64,000 bases of DNA from Octopus vulgaris (GCA_951406725.2 OX597822.1:55862001-55926000); one strand, 5' to 3'. Shown: positions 39,436 to 52,915, counted from the first letter of the stretch. A program made the numbers and translations. Notes: generated by a model not told the origin, from the letters alone.

Positions 39436-39775
39436 GGATGACCATGGCTACACCTAAGAGGTTCCCCTCCGGGGTACAAGTCCAAGCGGAAAGTCGCCTC
39501 GCCGGCGAACGCACGCCCTAGGGTTGTTATTATGGAAGATCTGCAGTCGCCCATGCGTACCAGCCTCCCTTCCCTACGCCGCCAATGTTATCCAAGAGAA
39601 AGGCAAAGGCTAATACAGCTTGGCACCAGTGACGTCATAATTCAATTCTACAGCTGAGTGAACTAGAGCAACGTGAAATAAAGTGTCTTGCTTAAGAACA
39701 CAACACGCAGCCCGGTCCGGGAATAGAAGTCACAATCTCACGATCGTAAGCTCAACTCTCTAACCGTTGAGCCTT
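39435..39775 (-). mobile_element. SINE family C
   Basis: tRNA-like head and CORE-like TTAAGCAAGACACTTT on the minus strand; homologous to 42937-43245. Confidence 0.8.
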
Positions 39776-39779
39776 CACC

Positions 39780-39877
<98 letters not shown>

Positions 39878-39904
39878 ATTTATATATGTGTGTGTGAGTC
39901 TGTG

Positions 39905-40135
39905 TATGGATTTATGTGTGTGTCTTTGTGTATGTGTTTGTCCCTCCACCATCGCTTGACAACCGATGTTGGAGTCTTTACGTTCTCGTAACTTAGCAGT
40001 TCGGCAAAATGTCCGTTAGACTAAGTGCAAGGGTTACAAAGAATAAATCCTGGAGTCAATTTCCTTCACTAAAAAACCTTTTAAGGCGGTGCTCCTGCAT
40101 GGCCGCAGTAAAATGACTGAAACAAGTGAAAGAAA
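39905..40135 (+). mobile_element. SINE family A 3' half
   Basis: GCTTGACAACCGATG...GGCGGTGCTCC...GACTGAAACAAG. Confidence 0.82.
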
Positions 40136-40173
40136 AAACCAAAAGAAAACGCGTTTGCATGAATGTATACATA

Positions 40174-40230
40174 CGAGATGGTGCTGAAAAGTTCCTGGCT
40201 TTGGGGTAGGAACTTTTCAGTAACTGCTCA
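40174..40230. mobile_element. 57-bp mariner-derived mini element
   Basis: CTGAAAAGTTCCT / AGGAACTTTTCAG inverted; TA|CGAG start resembles the mariner TIR at 7466. Confidence 0.6.
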
Positions 40231-40249
40231 TTTATATATATATATACAT

Positions 40250-40448
40250 ACCGGAGTAAGCACATAAATGTGAAACAAGGTGGAAAAAAGAGTACTCAAA
40301 TACCAGAGGTAGAGTAATATACTTTATTTAAAAACAGCTGAAATGTAACAAAAGCTGATACTCAGAGTTTCACGTACCCGTTCGTCGGACAGTTTTGTTA
40401 ACAAAGAAATTTCTCTTGTTATATTTCTGCTACTTTTAAATAAAGTAT
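40250..40448 (-). mobile_element. Diverged sibling of the 35042 element (HHR relic 40355-40392) with partial inverted arm
   Basis: Reverse of the 35124-35271 sequence; minus strand CTGT-CCGACGA-ACG-GGTA-CGT-GAA-ACTC-T-GAGT-A-TCAG. Confidence 0.8.
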
Positions 40449-40502
40449 ATATCTATATATACATAAATATATATATATATGCATATAGATAGATAGATAG
40501 AA

Positions 40503-40541
<39 letters not shown>

Positions 40542-40546
40542 AAGAT

Positions 40547-40607
<61 letters not shown>

Positions 40608-41108
40608 CAAAAGTCATTCAGTATGTGGTATAGGTAGGTGTCTGCGAGTTTTTCTATTCTTAAAAATGGCCTCATGAATATGCATATATGATTATACATG
40701 AGTATTATTAACAAACCATCTCATGTGCACAAACCATACGGACACACACAAACTCACAAAACACTCGTAAAGATACACACATGTACACATCGAGACAAAC
40801 ATACATGCGTACTGAAATATGTACGTGAATGCAACAACACAAGCGTGGGCGGTGCGACTTCGTTGTAGCAGCAGTAGTTTCTAAGACAAGCGAAAATAAT
40901 GCCAGACTTAGATCGAAGGGAATATATCGCTATAGTAAATCTGTCGCGCCACTAATATCCTGTCGAATGTAATCAAAATCATTGTTAGGCACCTTCGTAT
41001 ACATAAATGCAAATCGTATATAAGTTTACACAGCATGATACATATACAAATGTATGAACACACAAATATGTAGCGTGTACACAATCATACACACGCACAC
41101 ACGCATAC

Positions 41109-41148
<40 letters not shown>

Positions 41149-41260
41149 GCATATATATGTGTATGTGCTTATTTGTATGTGTGTGTGTCTATATATATAT
41201 ATGTCTGTATATATGTATATGTGTATTTGCATATACACATACATATATATGCATATACAT

Positions 41261-41322
<62 letters not shown>

Positions 41323-41925
41323 GCATACACACACACACACATATATATATATATACGCACACATACATATACTTATGTATGTTTATGTAGATTAGATATA
41401 TGTTTGTAGGTTCAAGCATACACACACACACACACACACACAGACACACTATCACACACACACATCCACACAATCATAGCCGGGCCATACCATTGACGTC
41501 TATCTGTCAAAACAACGATTTCTTTGGTCCTTGTCTCTCTTTTATATACACTCCCTCTCTCCCACTCCCTGCCTGTTTCTGTCTCTTTCACTCCCTTTGC
41601 AATATACATTTATGCACAGACACACCCCACACAATCACACATATAGACATATACGTATAAATGTATATATTGCACATATAAGACATTGTCTTTACGTCTA
41701 ACTTACATCCACATAAGCGGTCAACTTCTCATCGTTAACTTCATTGAATTGTCAACTCTTGAACATTCTTCCCTTATCTGGTGATCGATACGGCTTGAAT
41801 GAATAGATTTTCCCCGACAATAGAAATCTTCTTCAGTAATACCTTGAAGATTAGCTTTATATCTTCTCACACCAACAAAGTACGAGAACATACACAGAGC
41901 CTCACAAACAAATCCATCTATCTAA

Positions 41926-42019
<94 letters not shown>

Positions 42020-42483
42020 TCTTTTATTCTTTCACTTGTTTCAGTTATTTGACTGTGGCCATGCCGGGACTTATTCTTTGTAAGCCTAGTACTTATTTTA
42101 TCGGTTTTCTTTTGCCGAACCGCTATGTTACGGAGACGTAAACACAATAACATCGGTTGTCAAGCGATAGCGGGGTGACAAACACAGACACACAAATACA
42201 CATATATATATAAAATAAAATATTTTGATTATAATCACCCCATGGATTTATATGGATAACACCATACAAAATTCTGGTGCATCTAACTTAAGTACCATAT
42301 TCATTTGTATATATATATATATACGACAGGCTTCATTTAGTTTCCGTCAATCAAATCCACTCACAAGGCTTTGGTCGGCCCGAGGCTATAGTAGAAGACA
42401 CTTGCTCAAGATGCCACACAGTGGGACTGTCCCGGAACCATGTGGTTGGGAAGCAAGCTTCTTACCACATAACCACTCCTGTG

Positions 42484-42486
<3 letters not shown>
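42020..42486 (-). mobile_element. SINE family A (with deletion and insertion)
   Basis: Matches 131-550. Confidence 0.85.
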
Positions 42487-42516
<30 letters not shown>

Positions 42517-42673
42517 TTAATCGTTAATCTTTTAATTTTTAACCTTTAATATTTTAATGATACCAGTCATTAGAGTGCGGCTACGCTGGGGCACTCATTC
42601 AACAATTGCTAGTATATGTGCGTGTATGTCTGTATGTTTGTATTCATGTATGTATGCGTATATGTGTGTGTGT

Positions 42674-42721
<48 letters not shown>

Positions 42722-42875
42722 ACATACATACACACCCACACGCACGACGTTTCCATCTACCAATTCCACTGAAAAGGCTTTGCTCCGCTCAATGGCTATA
42801 GTAGACGTAGTAGAAGATACTAGTCCAAGATGCCACGAAGTCAGATTGAACACGGGAAATATGTGGATGGAAACC

Positions 42876-42936
<61 letters not shown>

Positions 42937-42938
<2 letters not shown>

Positions 42939-43245
42939 CTGAGACCCCATTCGGTCATGACTGACCATAAGGATTGCACCTAGAACGTTAGCCCCCCAGG
43001 CACAAGTCCAGGCAAGGTTGTTTATGGAAGACCAGTAGTCGCTCATGCATACCGGCCTCCCCTTTCTACGCCACCAGTGTTATCCAAAGGAAAGGCAAAG
43101 GAGCTGATACAGCTTGGCACCCGTGACGTCGCAACTCATTTCTACAGCTGAGTGAACTGGAGCAACGTGAAATAAAATGTCTTACTCAAGAACACAACAA
43201 CTCACCACCTCACGATCGTAAGCTCGACGCTCTAACCACTGAGAC
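42937..43245 (-). mobile_element. SINE family C
   Basis: Homologous to 39435-39775. Confidence 0.8.
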
Positions 43246-43656
43246 CCACACACAGACACCCCCCACACACACATATATATATGCATGTATATGTGTGAGT
43301 GTGTATGTATAATAATAGTTTAATCTCCGATTTGAAGAGCCAATTTGTAAGTACAAACAAAGGAGTGTAAAGCTATGAGCTAACACTATTTAAATATACA
43401 CATAGAAAAGTGATGAGCCAACCCCATGTAAATATATACATAGGTAGATATTCATTTATAATATTGTTCGTTTCGTGTATGGCAAAGTTTTAACTTGACG
43501 GCTTTTTCTCCAGTTGAACCCTAATTTTAATATTGGGTCTTGCAGTCTCGTCGCCGTCTCGCTATCAGTAAATGTTTTATTAACGTTCAATTTACTTTAA
43601 ACTTACGAACACACCTTTCAAACACACATATGCACATACATACACATACATATATT

Positions 43657-44363
43657 TGAGGTCTGATTAATAAGTGACCGGACTGTTGCTATAGTAACGA
43701 AGCTAAAGTACAGAGAGTGAAGTCACCTGGCACAGATAGACCTTGAACTCAGCTGTGCATGCGCACTAAGTTTTAATGTTCTAGCCCACTTCTGTTGTTT
43801 ACAGCAATCCTTGGATAGGTGTGTAGCGTATGACCGTCGCATTGACCATGACAGAAGAAGTTGATACCTGCAGAAGTGTATGAAGAGGAGTGTATGAGCC
43901 TCATACAAGTATACGAGTGGTTTAGACGTTTCCAAGATGGCCAAAAATGTCAATATTGACAAACGTTGTGGGAGACCCGCAACCAGCAGAACTGAGAAAA
44001 ATATCACAGATGTGCGTGCAGCTGTGAGGGGAAATCGTCGAATCACCATCCATGAGTTATGAGAGGAGTGGAGGTTAGTTATGGTTCAGTTCAGTCCATT
44101 GTCACTGAAGATATGCGTGTCTAGCAAGTTAGAACCAAAAATGCTTTCAGCCGACCAAAAAGACACCCGGGTTTCAGTTGCACAAGATCTCCCGGATTGC
44201 ACTGAGAACGGTGAACATTTTTGAAAACTCTCAGCAGGTATCGCCAAGCTTTTGGCAAAATTTGATGCAGATTCTCTGCTCAATCTCTGCCAAGCAGCTT
44301 CACTCTGAATGCTTTAGCTTCGTTATTATGGCAACAGTCTGGATACTCATCGATCAGACCACG
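43657..44363 (+). mobile_element. Internally deleted mariner derivative with long inverted ends
   Basis: Ends GAGGTCTGATTAATAAGTGACCGGACTGTTGC / GCAACAGTCTGGATACTCATCGATCAGACCACG|TA; internal HTH-region relic (QVYEWFRRFQDG, GRPATSRT, NRRITI). Confidence 0.85.
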
Positions 44364-44429
<66 letters not shown>

Positions 44430-44431
<2 letters not shown>

Positions 44432-44884
44432 ATCAATTCTAATAAAGGGTAAAATTAATTAATCAATTCTAATAAAGGGTAAAATTAATTAATCAATTCA
44501 TAATTAATAATCTTACCAAGTTCTTCGGTATGTTAAAAGAACCATTATCGGTAAACTTATACAAAAATTTTATAATTATAAACTTAATTATAATTAGGGT
44601 TTAGCAAAATTGCTTCACCACATACCGAAATTTAGAAATAGCAGTTATATACTATTCTACTACCATAAGATATCTCCCAGATAGCAACTCCCAACTCACA
44701 CAGACAAAAAGAAAAAATAACGAATCCATTTGGCTTTCTTTTTGCCTGTGTGAGTTAGGAGTGTTGCTGTCTGGGAGATATGGTAGCAGAATAGTATTTC
44801 ACTGCTATTTCTATATTTCGGTATGTGGTGAAGCAATTTTTTCCTAAACCCTAATTATAATTATGTTTATACTTATAAAATTTT

Positions 44885-44890
<6 letters not shown>
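44430..44890. mobile_element. Fold-back element: ~155-bp imperfect inverted arms plus left tail, in (TA)n
   Basis: Arms at about 44558-44714 and 44735-44890; 30-bp tandem duplication at 44431-44490. Confidence 0.75.
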
Positions 44891-44934
<44 letters not shown>

Positions 44935-44935
<1 letters not shown>

Positions 44936-45125
44936 AGTTAATCCAAACATGAAAACACAAAGAGAAAACACAACAACGCGAGGACGTGGAACAAATATAG
45001 TATTATTGGACGCTCAGGAAGGAAGCGTAGAAGGAGGGTTTTACGTTACGAGTGGAGCTCTTCGTCAGAAACATAGGAAAAGGAAAGATCCAGAGAAAAG
45101 AAGACGGAGGAAAGTGGAAGTAGAA
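44935..45125 (-). mobile_element. Family A HHR element (motif 45038-45072, GAAA mutated to GTAA)
   Basis: Minus strand GTTT-CTGACGA-A-GAGCTCCACTC-GTA-ACGT-A-AAAC. Confidence 0.8.
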
Positions 45126-48100
45126 GAAGAAAGGTAGAAAGAGGACGAGGTAAAAGTGGAAGAGTCACGGACAATTTTGTTTTGATTTCCAATCACAATT
45201 AGACTGGTGTACTCCGGATGAATGGTAACAGTAATCCGTAGGTGTAAAAATCCAGGAATTGGTTATCCAAGGCAGTCTATATCTATACACACACAAGCGG
45301 CGCGTATTTATATTAAACATTTATTTGTGGTATGTATGTTTTACAGAAACACACATATATGTATCACCTATATCTTTCATCTGTACAGTAAGGCTACATA
45401 TTCAATAGACATGTTGATGTCGGAGCTAAGTGTCTTATTTTTTTCTGATAAGGCTATTATGGTTAATTACTTGAAATCTAGTAGCATATTATTGTAAGTA
45501 TACTACCAATGGCAAGATAATTATGATCGGTGGCGTTTCAAATTCTTGGAATTTAACCGAATACTTATGGATAACAGTTAAATACTGTAATGTCAAAATT
45601 ATTCACTCTGTCAGATATAGTTTGTTTTTGAACCCGAGTCTAGCTCTGAGTGAGTAGATCAATGACTTATTCACTCTTCACACCAGAATAGTCTAGTGTT
45701 CGATCTCACCTCACCGCATCCTTTTGGTGAGTGTTTACTCCCAATGCTTAGTGCCGATCAAAGACTTGTGAGTGAAATGGGGTACATAGAAACTACGTTG
45801 AAGCCTTCTGGGGGAAAGGTTTTGCACATGCAATAGATCTGGCTTAACACTACCAGAACCTTGGGAACCTTTAGAAAAATTCCGCTTTGTTGTAAGTATT
45901 CGAGCCAGGTTTCCATGGCTTTTCTCAACACACATGAGATACTAAACAAGTGCGATGGGCACTGCAATTACTCTTCTGATTAAGTTCTTAACAAAACACA
46001 ATCCCTTATATTCGAGGTTGAGTAATTAGGGATTTTCCTAGTCTATTTACTAGGTTCCATTAGAAAAAATTCTTTCTCAGTCGAGTGGTCCTGACTGAAA
46101 TGTTAAAAACCCTATCGTCCTCGAGACAGATTTGTGCATTAGACCTTTAAGCTGGTTGAATTCAATTTCTGTTCCATTCTTTTATTTCAACTTTATTATT
46201 ATAACGAGTTACAACGTATTTATAGGCTAAAAAAGCGAATGAAACGTTTACAGTCAATGTTCTGTGTTAAAGTACATGGCTAACGACAAGATGTCAAGGA
46301 TCTCTTCTGGTTCTTATAACTTAAAAAAAGTGACAACAAAGACCAAAACAATAAATAAGTTATAAAACGATTAATGAGTCTTAAAAAACTGTTACTACTG
46401 ATTTATTAAGTAATAATTTACACGAGACAAAAGCTATTAGATATTTACAGAAGTAACGTAAATAACCAGCATAGAGCAAGATAACCATGTTTTAGCTAAT
46501 TCATTTGAAGAGTAAGAATTATTAGTGCCTGTACCATGTTTATTGTAACTTTTGTGACTAATAACTTATTGAAGACTTTAGATTTATCTTTTTAGATCAA
46601 GTATATATTGTTAGGGAATTTTCTTTGTATACTATCAAACCGAGCTGTAACAGTTCCCACTCGAAGATCGTAGTGGATTTAAAGTTGAGAATTCCAGTTG
46701 CAAGATACCCATTCGGTGTCAATAAACTATGCACACACACACACTTACGCACACATGAATGTATATATTCATATACACGCACTGACACACACATATACTT
46801 TGCTTTGTTGTTTCTGCCAAATATAACTCGAAAACTGATGACAGAACTTAACGCCTCAAAGGCTGAATAGTTTATTTAAGTAATGTAAAATATAAGAACA
46901 TCAAAACGAAATTTATCGAATTTGATTTGTGCAAATGTACACTAACTAAAAACTTAAAAGCTTAAGATGAAGGGAATCAATATATCCAGTGTTGTATTCT
47001 TTTTTTTTTTTGGATAACACAGGCTTCAGGCCTGTTTATGAAATTTCAACTTAAATCGAATGTTGACCCCAAACAAAATTTTACCATAGTTTGAATGACA
47101 TCTGTCATATATTTTAGCAGCAGACGTCTAAGAAAATAGTGCTTTGCGTGTGATAAAATATCATTAACACTTGATATTCTCCAGCAGGTTTGATAAATAT
47201 GTGGTTTCTTTTAATGATTTCTATGAATGATAATTCCTAAAAAATTTAAATAACCGAAAGGTTCTATTCTATTTTCATTAATTTTAAGCTACGAAATTCA
47301 GTTTGGGCATATATGCTTCTAATGAGGATAATGAAGTTTCAGGCATTTCAAGTGTTGAACGAGAAATCATTTTGTGTTAGTTAATTAGACAGGTTTAAAT
47401 ATGTTTTACAATGTATATACTTTATTCAAATCTAAAAGGACAGACGAAATCAATGATGTGTCATCTGTACGTAAAATAAAATACAGTGCAAGGAAGGAAA
47501 TAGAATGTTTCGTTGAGGACCATCTCCCTGATTTGAAGGATATGGGTTAAATCTTGTTGAATGACATAATTCTCATTTATTCAGTTGTATACCGTGTCTA
47601 ACTCTTGTTGAAGTACATATGTATTGCTTTGATCTCTAACATCACATTAGTGAAGTCTGCATAACTTCTGGGTATCTATGTCTGAAAATGTGAAAGATAT
47701 ATATTAACTACGTATTTACTATCCGATTTTTTAGGAAATCAAAGACAAATTCCCAAGCTTTCTGTTATAGAAATAATTTTCCATTTTGTTTCTCACGAAT
47801 CTTTGGTAATCAAATGCTTTAGAGAAATCAAGTTAAGCGCAGCTAATCCTTGATATGAATAGCGGAGATTTTATAATTTGATTATGTTTGCTTTTGAAGC
47901 TGTATCCAGGATGCAAACTGTTTTGAGTGCTGCCTAAAATAATATTCCAAATATTGCTTTATTCTTCTACATATAATTTTCTCCAGTATCTTTGAAAAGT
48001 GAGAGATGAGATAAAAATCTATAAATCCATAAATTTATTCGTGTTATTATTGCTTTTTTCCAGAGCCTAAATAACTGCGATTATTTTCAGGAGACTGTCA

Positions 48101-49044
48101 TGATGGACATTTCAAGGAATAGAGGCAGACCAACCGGTTCTGGAGCTAAGCTAGTGTCTGTAGAGTTCATTGATCAGGTTATATCCGGTTCTGAGTTTAT
48201 ATTCATTACATTGTTGCAAAACTTTGTCTCATAAGAAACATCCGGTTATTCAATATGTTGCTCTCTCTTCCCACGTGTATAGCGAAAAAATGCTTTTGGC
48301 TTCACTCTATTCGCTTAAGGAACTGAAAATTATTTCTTTTGTTTTTGTTTTTGCTTTTTGCTTTCATTGGGAACTTACTAATATACTTCGCTTATGTTTA
48401 TTGTGATCTGATTCTCTTCCAATTTTATGCATATGAGTACTAGGTTGTTTAAATGTTTAGAAATATTGACATTTCTACTTTTAGACACGTTTCAAATTCA
48501 ATAAACCACACCAAATTGCTTCTATAAAAGAGCTTTTGAATTCTTCATTCTTGACCTGAACAAAATTCAAAACACATTAGTAAATGCCACTCAACCGCGA
48601 AATACCATTTACAATGTGGCACTCCTGACATCCTCTTTCATTAGTTTGGCAAATAATTAATAAAGAAAAATCCGAGCCAACAATAATAAAAATAAATGAA
48701 ACAACAAAACAACACCTGAATATAACCTGCCAGCAACAAAACATACAAATAAACAATTTGTTTAAAATACTTCTGCCTTGAAAATGAATTTCGCTCCATC
48801 CTAACTATTCTACCGTGACTCCGATGTTCATCAATATAATACAATGTACACTGTACTTTATGGTCAACAAAGCAAACTTCACAGACGGCCTTAATTAAAT
48901 TAGGAAAAAATGTGAAAATATGCAAAACTAAATAAACAAAAAAAAAAACAACAAAAAACAAGAAAATACAAATCATCACGTCCAGTTCAAGAAGAGTTTC
49001 GAGGCAATAAACGCCAGGCGACAAGAAATAACCAATCAAGGGTT

Positions 49045-49228
49045 ATGATAGATCGTTAGCCACTACACACATTTTTTCTCTCCTTGTTTTTTCTGTCTGC
49101 CTTTCTGTAGAAGAGCGTAGGCTCGAAACGTAAAAGAATTTTCTATTCCTGAGTGCTATACTAATACATCTGTTTGTTTGTACACCACCTGCCTTCGTCT
49201 TTTATTTATTTTCGTAAACTTTCCCTTT
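49045..49228 (+). mobile_element. Solo PLE terminal repeat, family B (HHR-like motif at 49101-49136)
   Basis: CTTT-CTGTAGA-A-GAGC-GTAG-GCTC-GAA-ACGT-A-AAAG, identical to the motif at 2612-2647. Confidence 0.82.
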
Positions 49229-49237
49229 ATATATATA

Positions 49238-49633
49238 TCTTTATATATAAAAGAGAGGTTGTGTGCTGTCTGTCTCCTACGATTTAGATTCCTAACTACT
49301 CCCACAATTTGCGGTGCAGTTTAACCAAAACCGGGTATCTTATAGTCGTGATTCATATCGAGCTTTTCTGGGTATTAGCGCGCCTCTACGATGAGTCTAC
49401 GATTCAAAAAAAAATTTACTATCAATTTTTCCCATTTTTAATGCATTTTTGGCATATATAAGGGAAGTAACTCTCTAAAAATTTATTATTAAATCTCAGA
49501 ACGTAAAAAGCTACAGTAACACTCCCCCCTTTGTGGGTAGCCATATTGAGATGGCTATTATACTTTACATCTCTAAAAGTGCTTATATAGTTATTTCCCT
49601 TACAAACCCGAGCAACACCGGGCGATACTGCTA

Positions 49634-49634
<1 letters not shown>
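49238..49634 (+). mobile_element. Short non-autonomous Helitron
   Basis: A|TCTTTATATATAAAAG start; CCCGAGCAACACCGGG hairpin then CTAG|T end; inserted in (TA)n. Confidence 0.85.
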
Positions 49635-49714
<80 letters not shown>

Positions 49715-49717
<3 letters not shown>

Positions 49718-50405
49718 CTTGATATTGTTCTTTCTCTCCTTAATCAATTTTGTCCCCCTGAGATATTCTCGCCTAAAGTTTTCCTTCATTTCACTCTCCT
49801 TGGTTTTGTCATACCCTAAAATACCCAGATACTTGTCTCCATTCACTTCAACATCCTTAATTTTGTTACCGATTGGGTAGTTCTACACCATTAGATGACA
49901 AGACTTTGCTTTTTTTATGATAAGCACACCGCAGTTATTAATCCTAAATTCCATTTCGATATCCTAACTGACTATCATCGCTGTTGAAACCAGAGCATTA
50001 TTTCACGTTCACTCTTACTGAAGATCTTTATGTTATCCATAGACAACAGGCGATTCAACTTTTCTCCACTCTCCCAAGTATACCCTGATGTTACTTTCCG
50101 TAATATCTACTTGAGGGTTATCATACAAATCACTTACAGTAATGGTAAAAGACTATTTTCCTAAAATATGCCCCTCCTGATTTTAACTTTCACCAAAAAT
50201 TCTCCACATGATGTTAATTCAGTAATCCAGTTCTTTATTGATCTAATACAATTTAAAATGTTATCAAGCAACTTTATCAACTGAAGACTTTCTAAATTAC
50301 AAGAATGGGTTACCATGTCATAATTTTTCATATTAGCAATCCAATCCGTACCCAGATTAGTATGTCTTTTCTTACAGTTGTTCAGTACCATTCTATCAAT
50401 CAGAG
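49715..50405 (-). mobile_element. Decayed R4/Dong-type LINE RT fragment
   Basis: NCKKRHTNLGTDWI, YDMVTHS, VKIRRGIF, KYLGI; same type as 63058-64000. Confidence 0.8.
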
Positions 50406-50650
50406 ATATGCCACCTTTCCTATGACGTATTGATCATAAATATCATAATTTTGTATGAGGCTGCTTTAAAAATGGTGAAATTTAATATATTCAAATACTG
50501 ATTTGTTATGTTGGTACAAAATTATTTTTCTTTTTCGGTGCCGGTCGTCATTGTCAATGCTTAACTGGGACTTACTTTATCGATTGTAGGAGATAAAAGG
50601 TACAAGAACCATCAATGTAACACATTGTTATTACGTAACGATGCTTATAG

Positions 50651-50872
50651 TCTCTTTTACTCTCTTTTACTTGTCTCAGTTATTTGACTGCAGCCATGAT
50701 GGAGCACCGCCTTTACTCGAGCAAATCGACCCCAGGACTTACTCTTTGTAAGCCTAGTACTTATTCTACTGGTCCCTTTTTGCCGAAGCGCTAAGTTACA
50801 GGGACGTAAACACACCACCATTGTTTGTCAAGCGAAGTTGGGGGGGACAAACATAGAACACAAGCATGCACA

Positions 50873-50941
<69 letters not shown>

Positions 50942-51110
50942 TTTCAAATATACGACAGGCTTCTTTCAGTTTCCGTCTACCAAATCCACTCACAAGGCTT
51001 TGGTCAGCCCAAGGCTATAGTAGAAGACACTTGCCCAAGGTACCACGCAGTGGGACTGAACCCGGAAGCATGTGGTTGGTAAACAAGCTACTTACCACAC
51101 AGCCACTCCT
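50651..51110 (-). mobile_element. SINE family A, full length
   Basis: Matches 131-550. Confidence 0.9.
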
Positions 51111-52006
51111 TCACCTTTCTTTAATATATATCAGACTTGTTCCCAGTTGTCAACTATACATCATCCAACAAACATTCAATTTAGTTGGAATCGTTAACTA
51201 CATTATGTCCCTTAATCTAATCGTCCTGTGTTTGTTCAGGAATGGTATACTCATTTATTTTCTTGCTATTTCATAAAATGGTTGTGTATATATTTTGTGC
51301 TGTTTTTATAGTTTGATAGGTTTATATATTTTCCAAGAAATGTCTCGAAGGATGCTCTATAGAACTCTTGGGCTTGAATTTTATCTATTTACGCTTGAAC
51401 TACAACTTTTAGATTCTATTTGCGAACAGTGGAAAATATTTCCTTTGTATAAACTTCAAGTGATGTGGATGTGCAATAATATAGAATACGAATGATTATA
51501 ATTTATACATTTATTTACAGTAATCTCGATTGCAAAATTCTAATGAAAGTATTCACATTTAGTTGAAATTTTGATCCTTCACCTAAGATTGTCTTACAAG
51601 CGGTGCAAATATAAAATATTAAGATTAAATTTCCTAGTTCTTCATCTGCACAGATCTGTTTACTTTCTAATTATAGCAACTGATAAGAAAAGTCTCAAAT
51701 TAACATAAAGCAAAAGAGAATTATAAAATCTTCCTCAAATCATTATTTGCATTGAGGTCTGTTCATCAACATTTAAACGGTTTCTTGTAATACGTATCTC
51801 ACGCAATATACACCGTGTTTCAAATTATTAACGACGAAACATTTTTTATTTCATTTAAAAACTACTACTATATACATATATATACACACACATATATATA
51901 TAATATATATATATATATAGATATAACAAAATGGAGTTGTGGGGTACCGCACGAGTGGAATTATATACGAAAGAAGGTTTGAAAATGCAATTTAAAAGAT
52001 GTTTAT

Positions 52007-52051
52007 TTACTTTACCGGTTTCACTCTTTGGAAAAAGATTGTCAAAAGTAA
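52007..52051 (-). ncRNA. Hammerhead-like motif with U3-A8 core
   Basis: Minus strand TTACTT-TTGACAA-TCTTTTTCCAAAGAGT-GAA-ACCGGT-A-AAGTAA. Confidence 0.55.
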
Positions 52052-52764
52052 CATCAAGAAGTTTTGTTGCGTTAATTATTGGTTATTGCAAATTGCTACA
52101 TTACATATATACAGTCTTTGGTAACAGGGACATGTTAAGAACATAAAAAAGTTCAACAGGTTCCTTAAAATATTGGGCACAAAAGATTACTACATAAATA
52201 ATCGTTCTCAAGGATATGCTTAAGATAGTTTCCAGAAGATAGTTTCTTTTCAGTTCCACATTACTCCTCCTAAAACGGACAGGTCAGTTTTAGCTTCACC
52301 ACTATTATAATGTAAATCTTTTTGAACTCATAATATTCTGTACGTGTATTCTGAACTTTTTTAATAATTTCTCCTGGAAATTACCTTGAGATGTATAATA
52401 TATTTGTTGTAATCTTTTGTGCCCATTATTTCAATGAGCTTGTTAAACTTTTTTATACTCTCAACATACTCTTGTCACCAAAGAATGTATATTTATATGG
52501 ATTATAGTACTCTGTGTCAACCAATATTCTGTGCATGTTTGAATATACAGATACAATACCAATACCAATATCAATTCCTTCTGGAAACTATCTTAAGCAT
52601 GTCCTTGAGAACGATTATTTATGTAGTAATCTTTTGTGCCCAATATTTTAAGGAACCTGTTGAAATTTTTTATGTCCTTAACATGTCCCTGTTACCAAAT
52701 ACTGTATATATGTAATGTAGCAATTTGCAACAACCAATAATTAACGCAACCAGACTTCTACATG

Positions 52765-52809
52765 TTACTTTTGACAATCTTTTTTCAAAGTGTGAAACCG
52801 GTAAAGTAA
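52765..52809 (+). ncRNA. Hammerhead-like motif with U3-A8 core
   Basis: TTACTT-TTGACAA-TCTTTTTTCAAAGTGT-GAA-ACCGGT-A-AAGTAA. Confidence 0.5.
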
Positions 52810-52847
52810 ATAAACATCTTTTAAATTGCATTTTCAAACCTTCTTTC

Positions 52848-52915
<68 letters not shown>

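Larger units (their letters stand above)
51925..52854. mobile_element. Fold-back element: ~277-bp inverted arms with ~340-bp spacer, in (TA)n
   Basis: Arms 51962-52238 and 52578-52854; each carries an outward-facing HHR-like motif. Confidence 0.85.
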
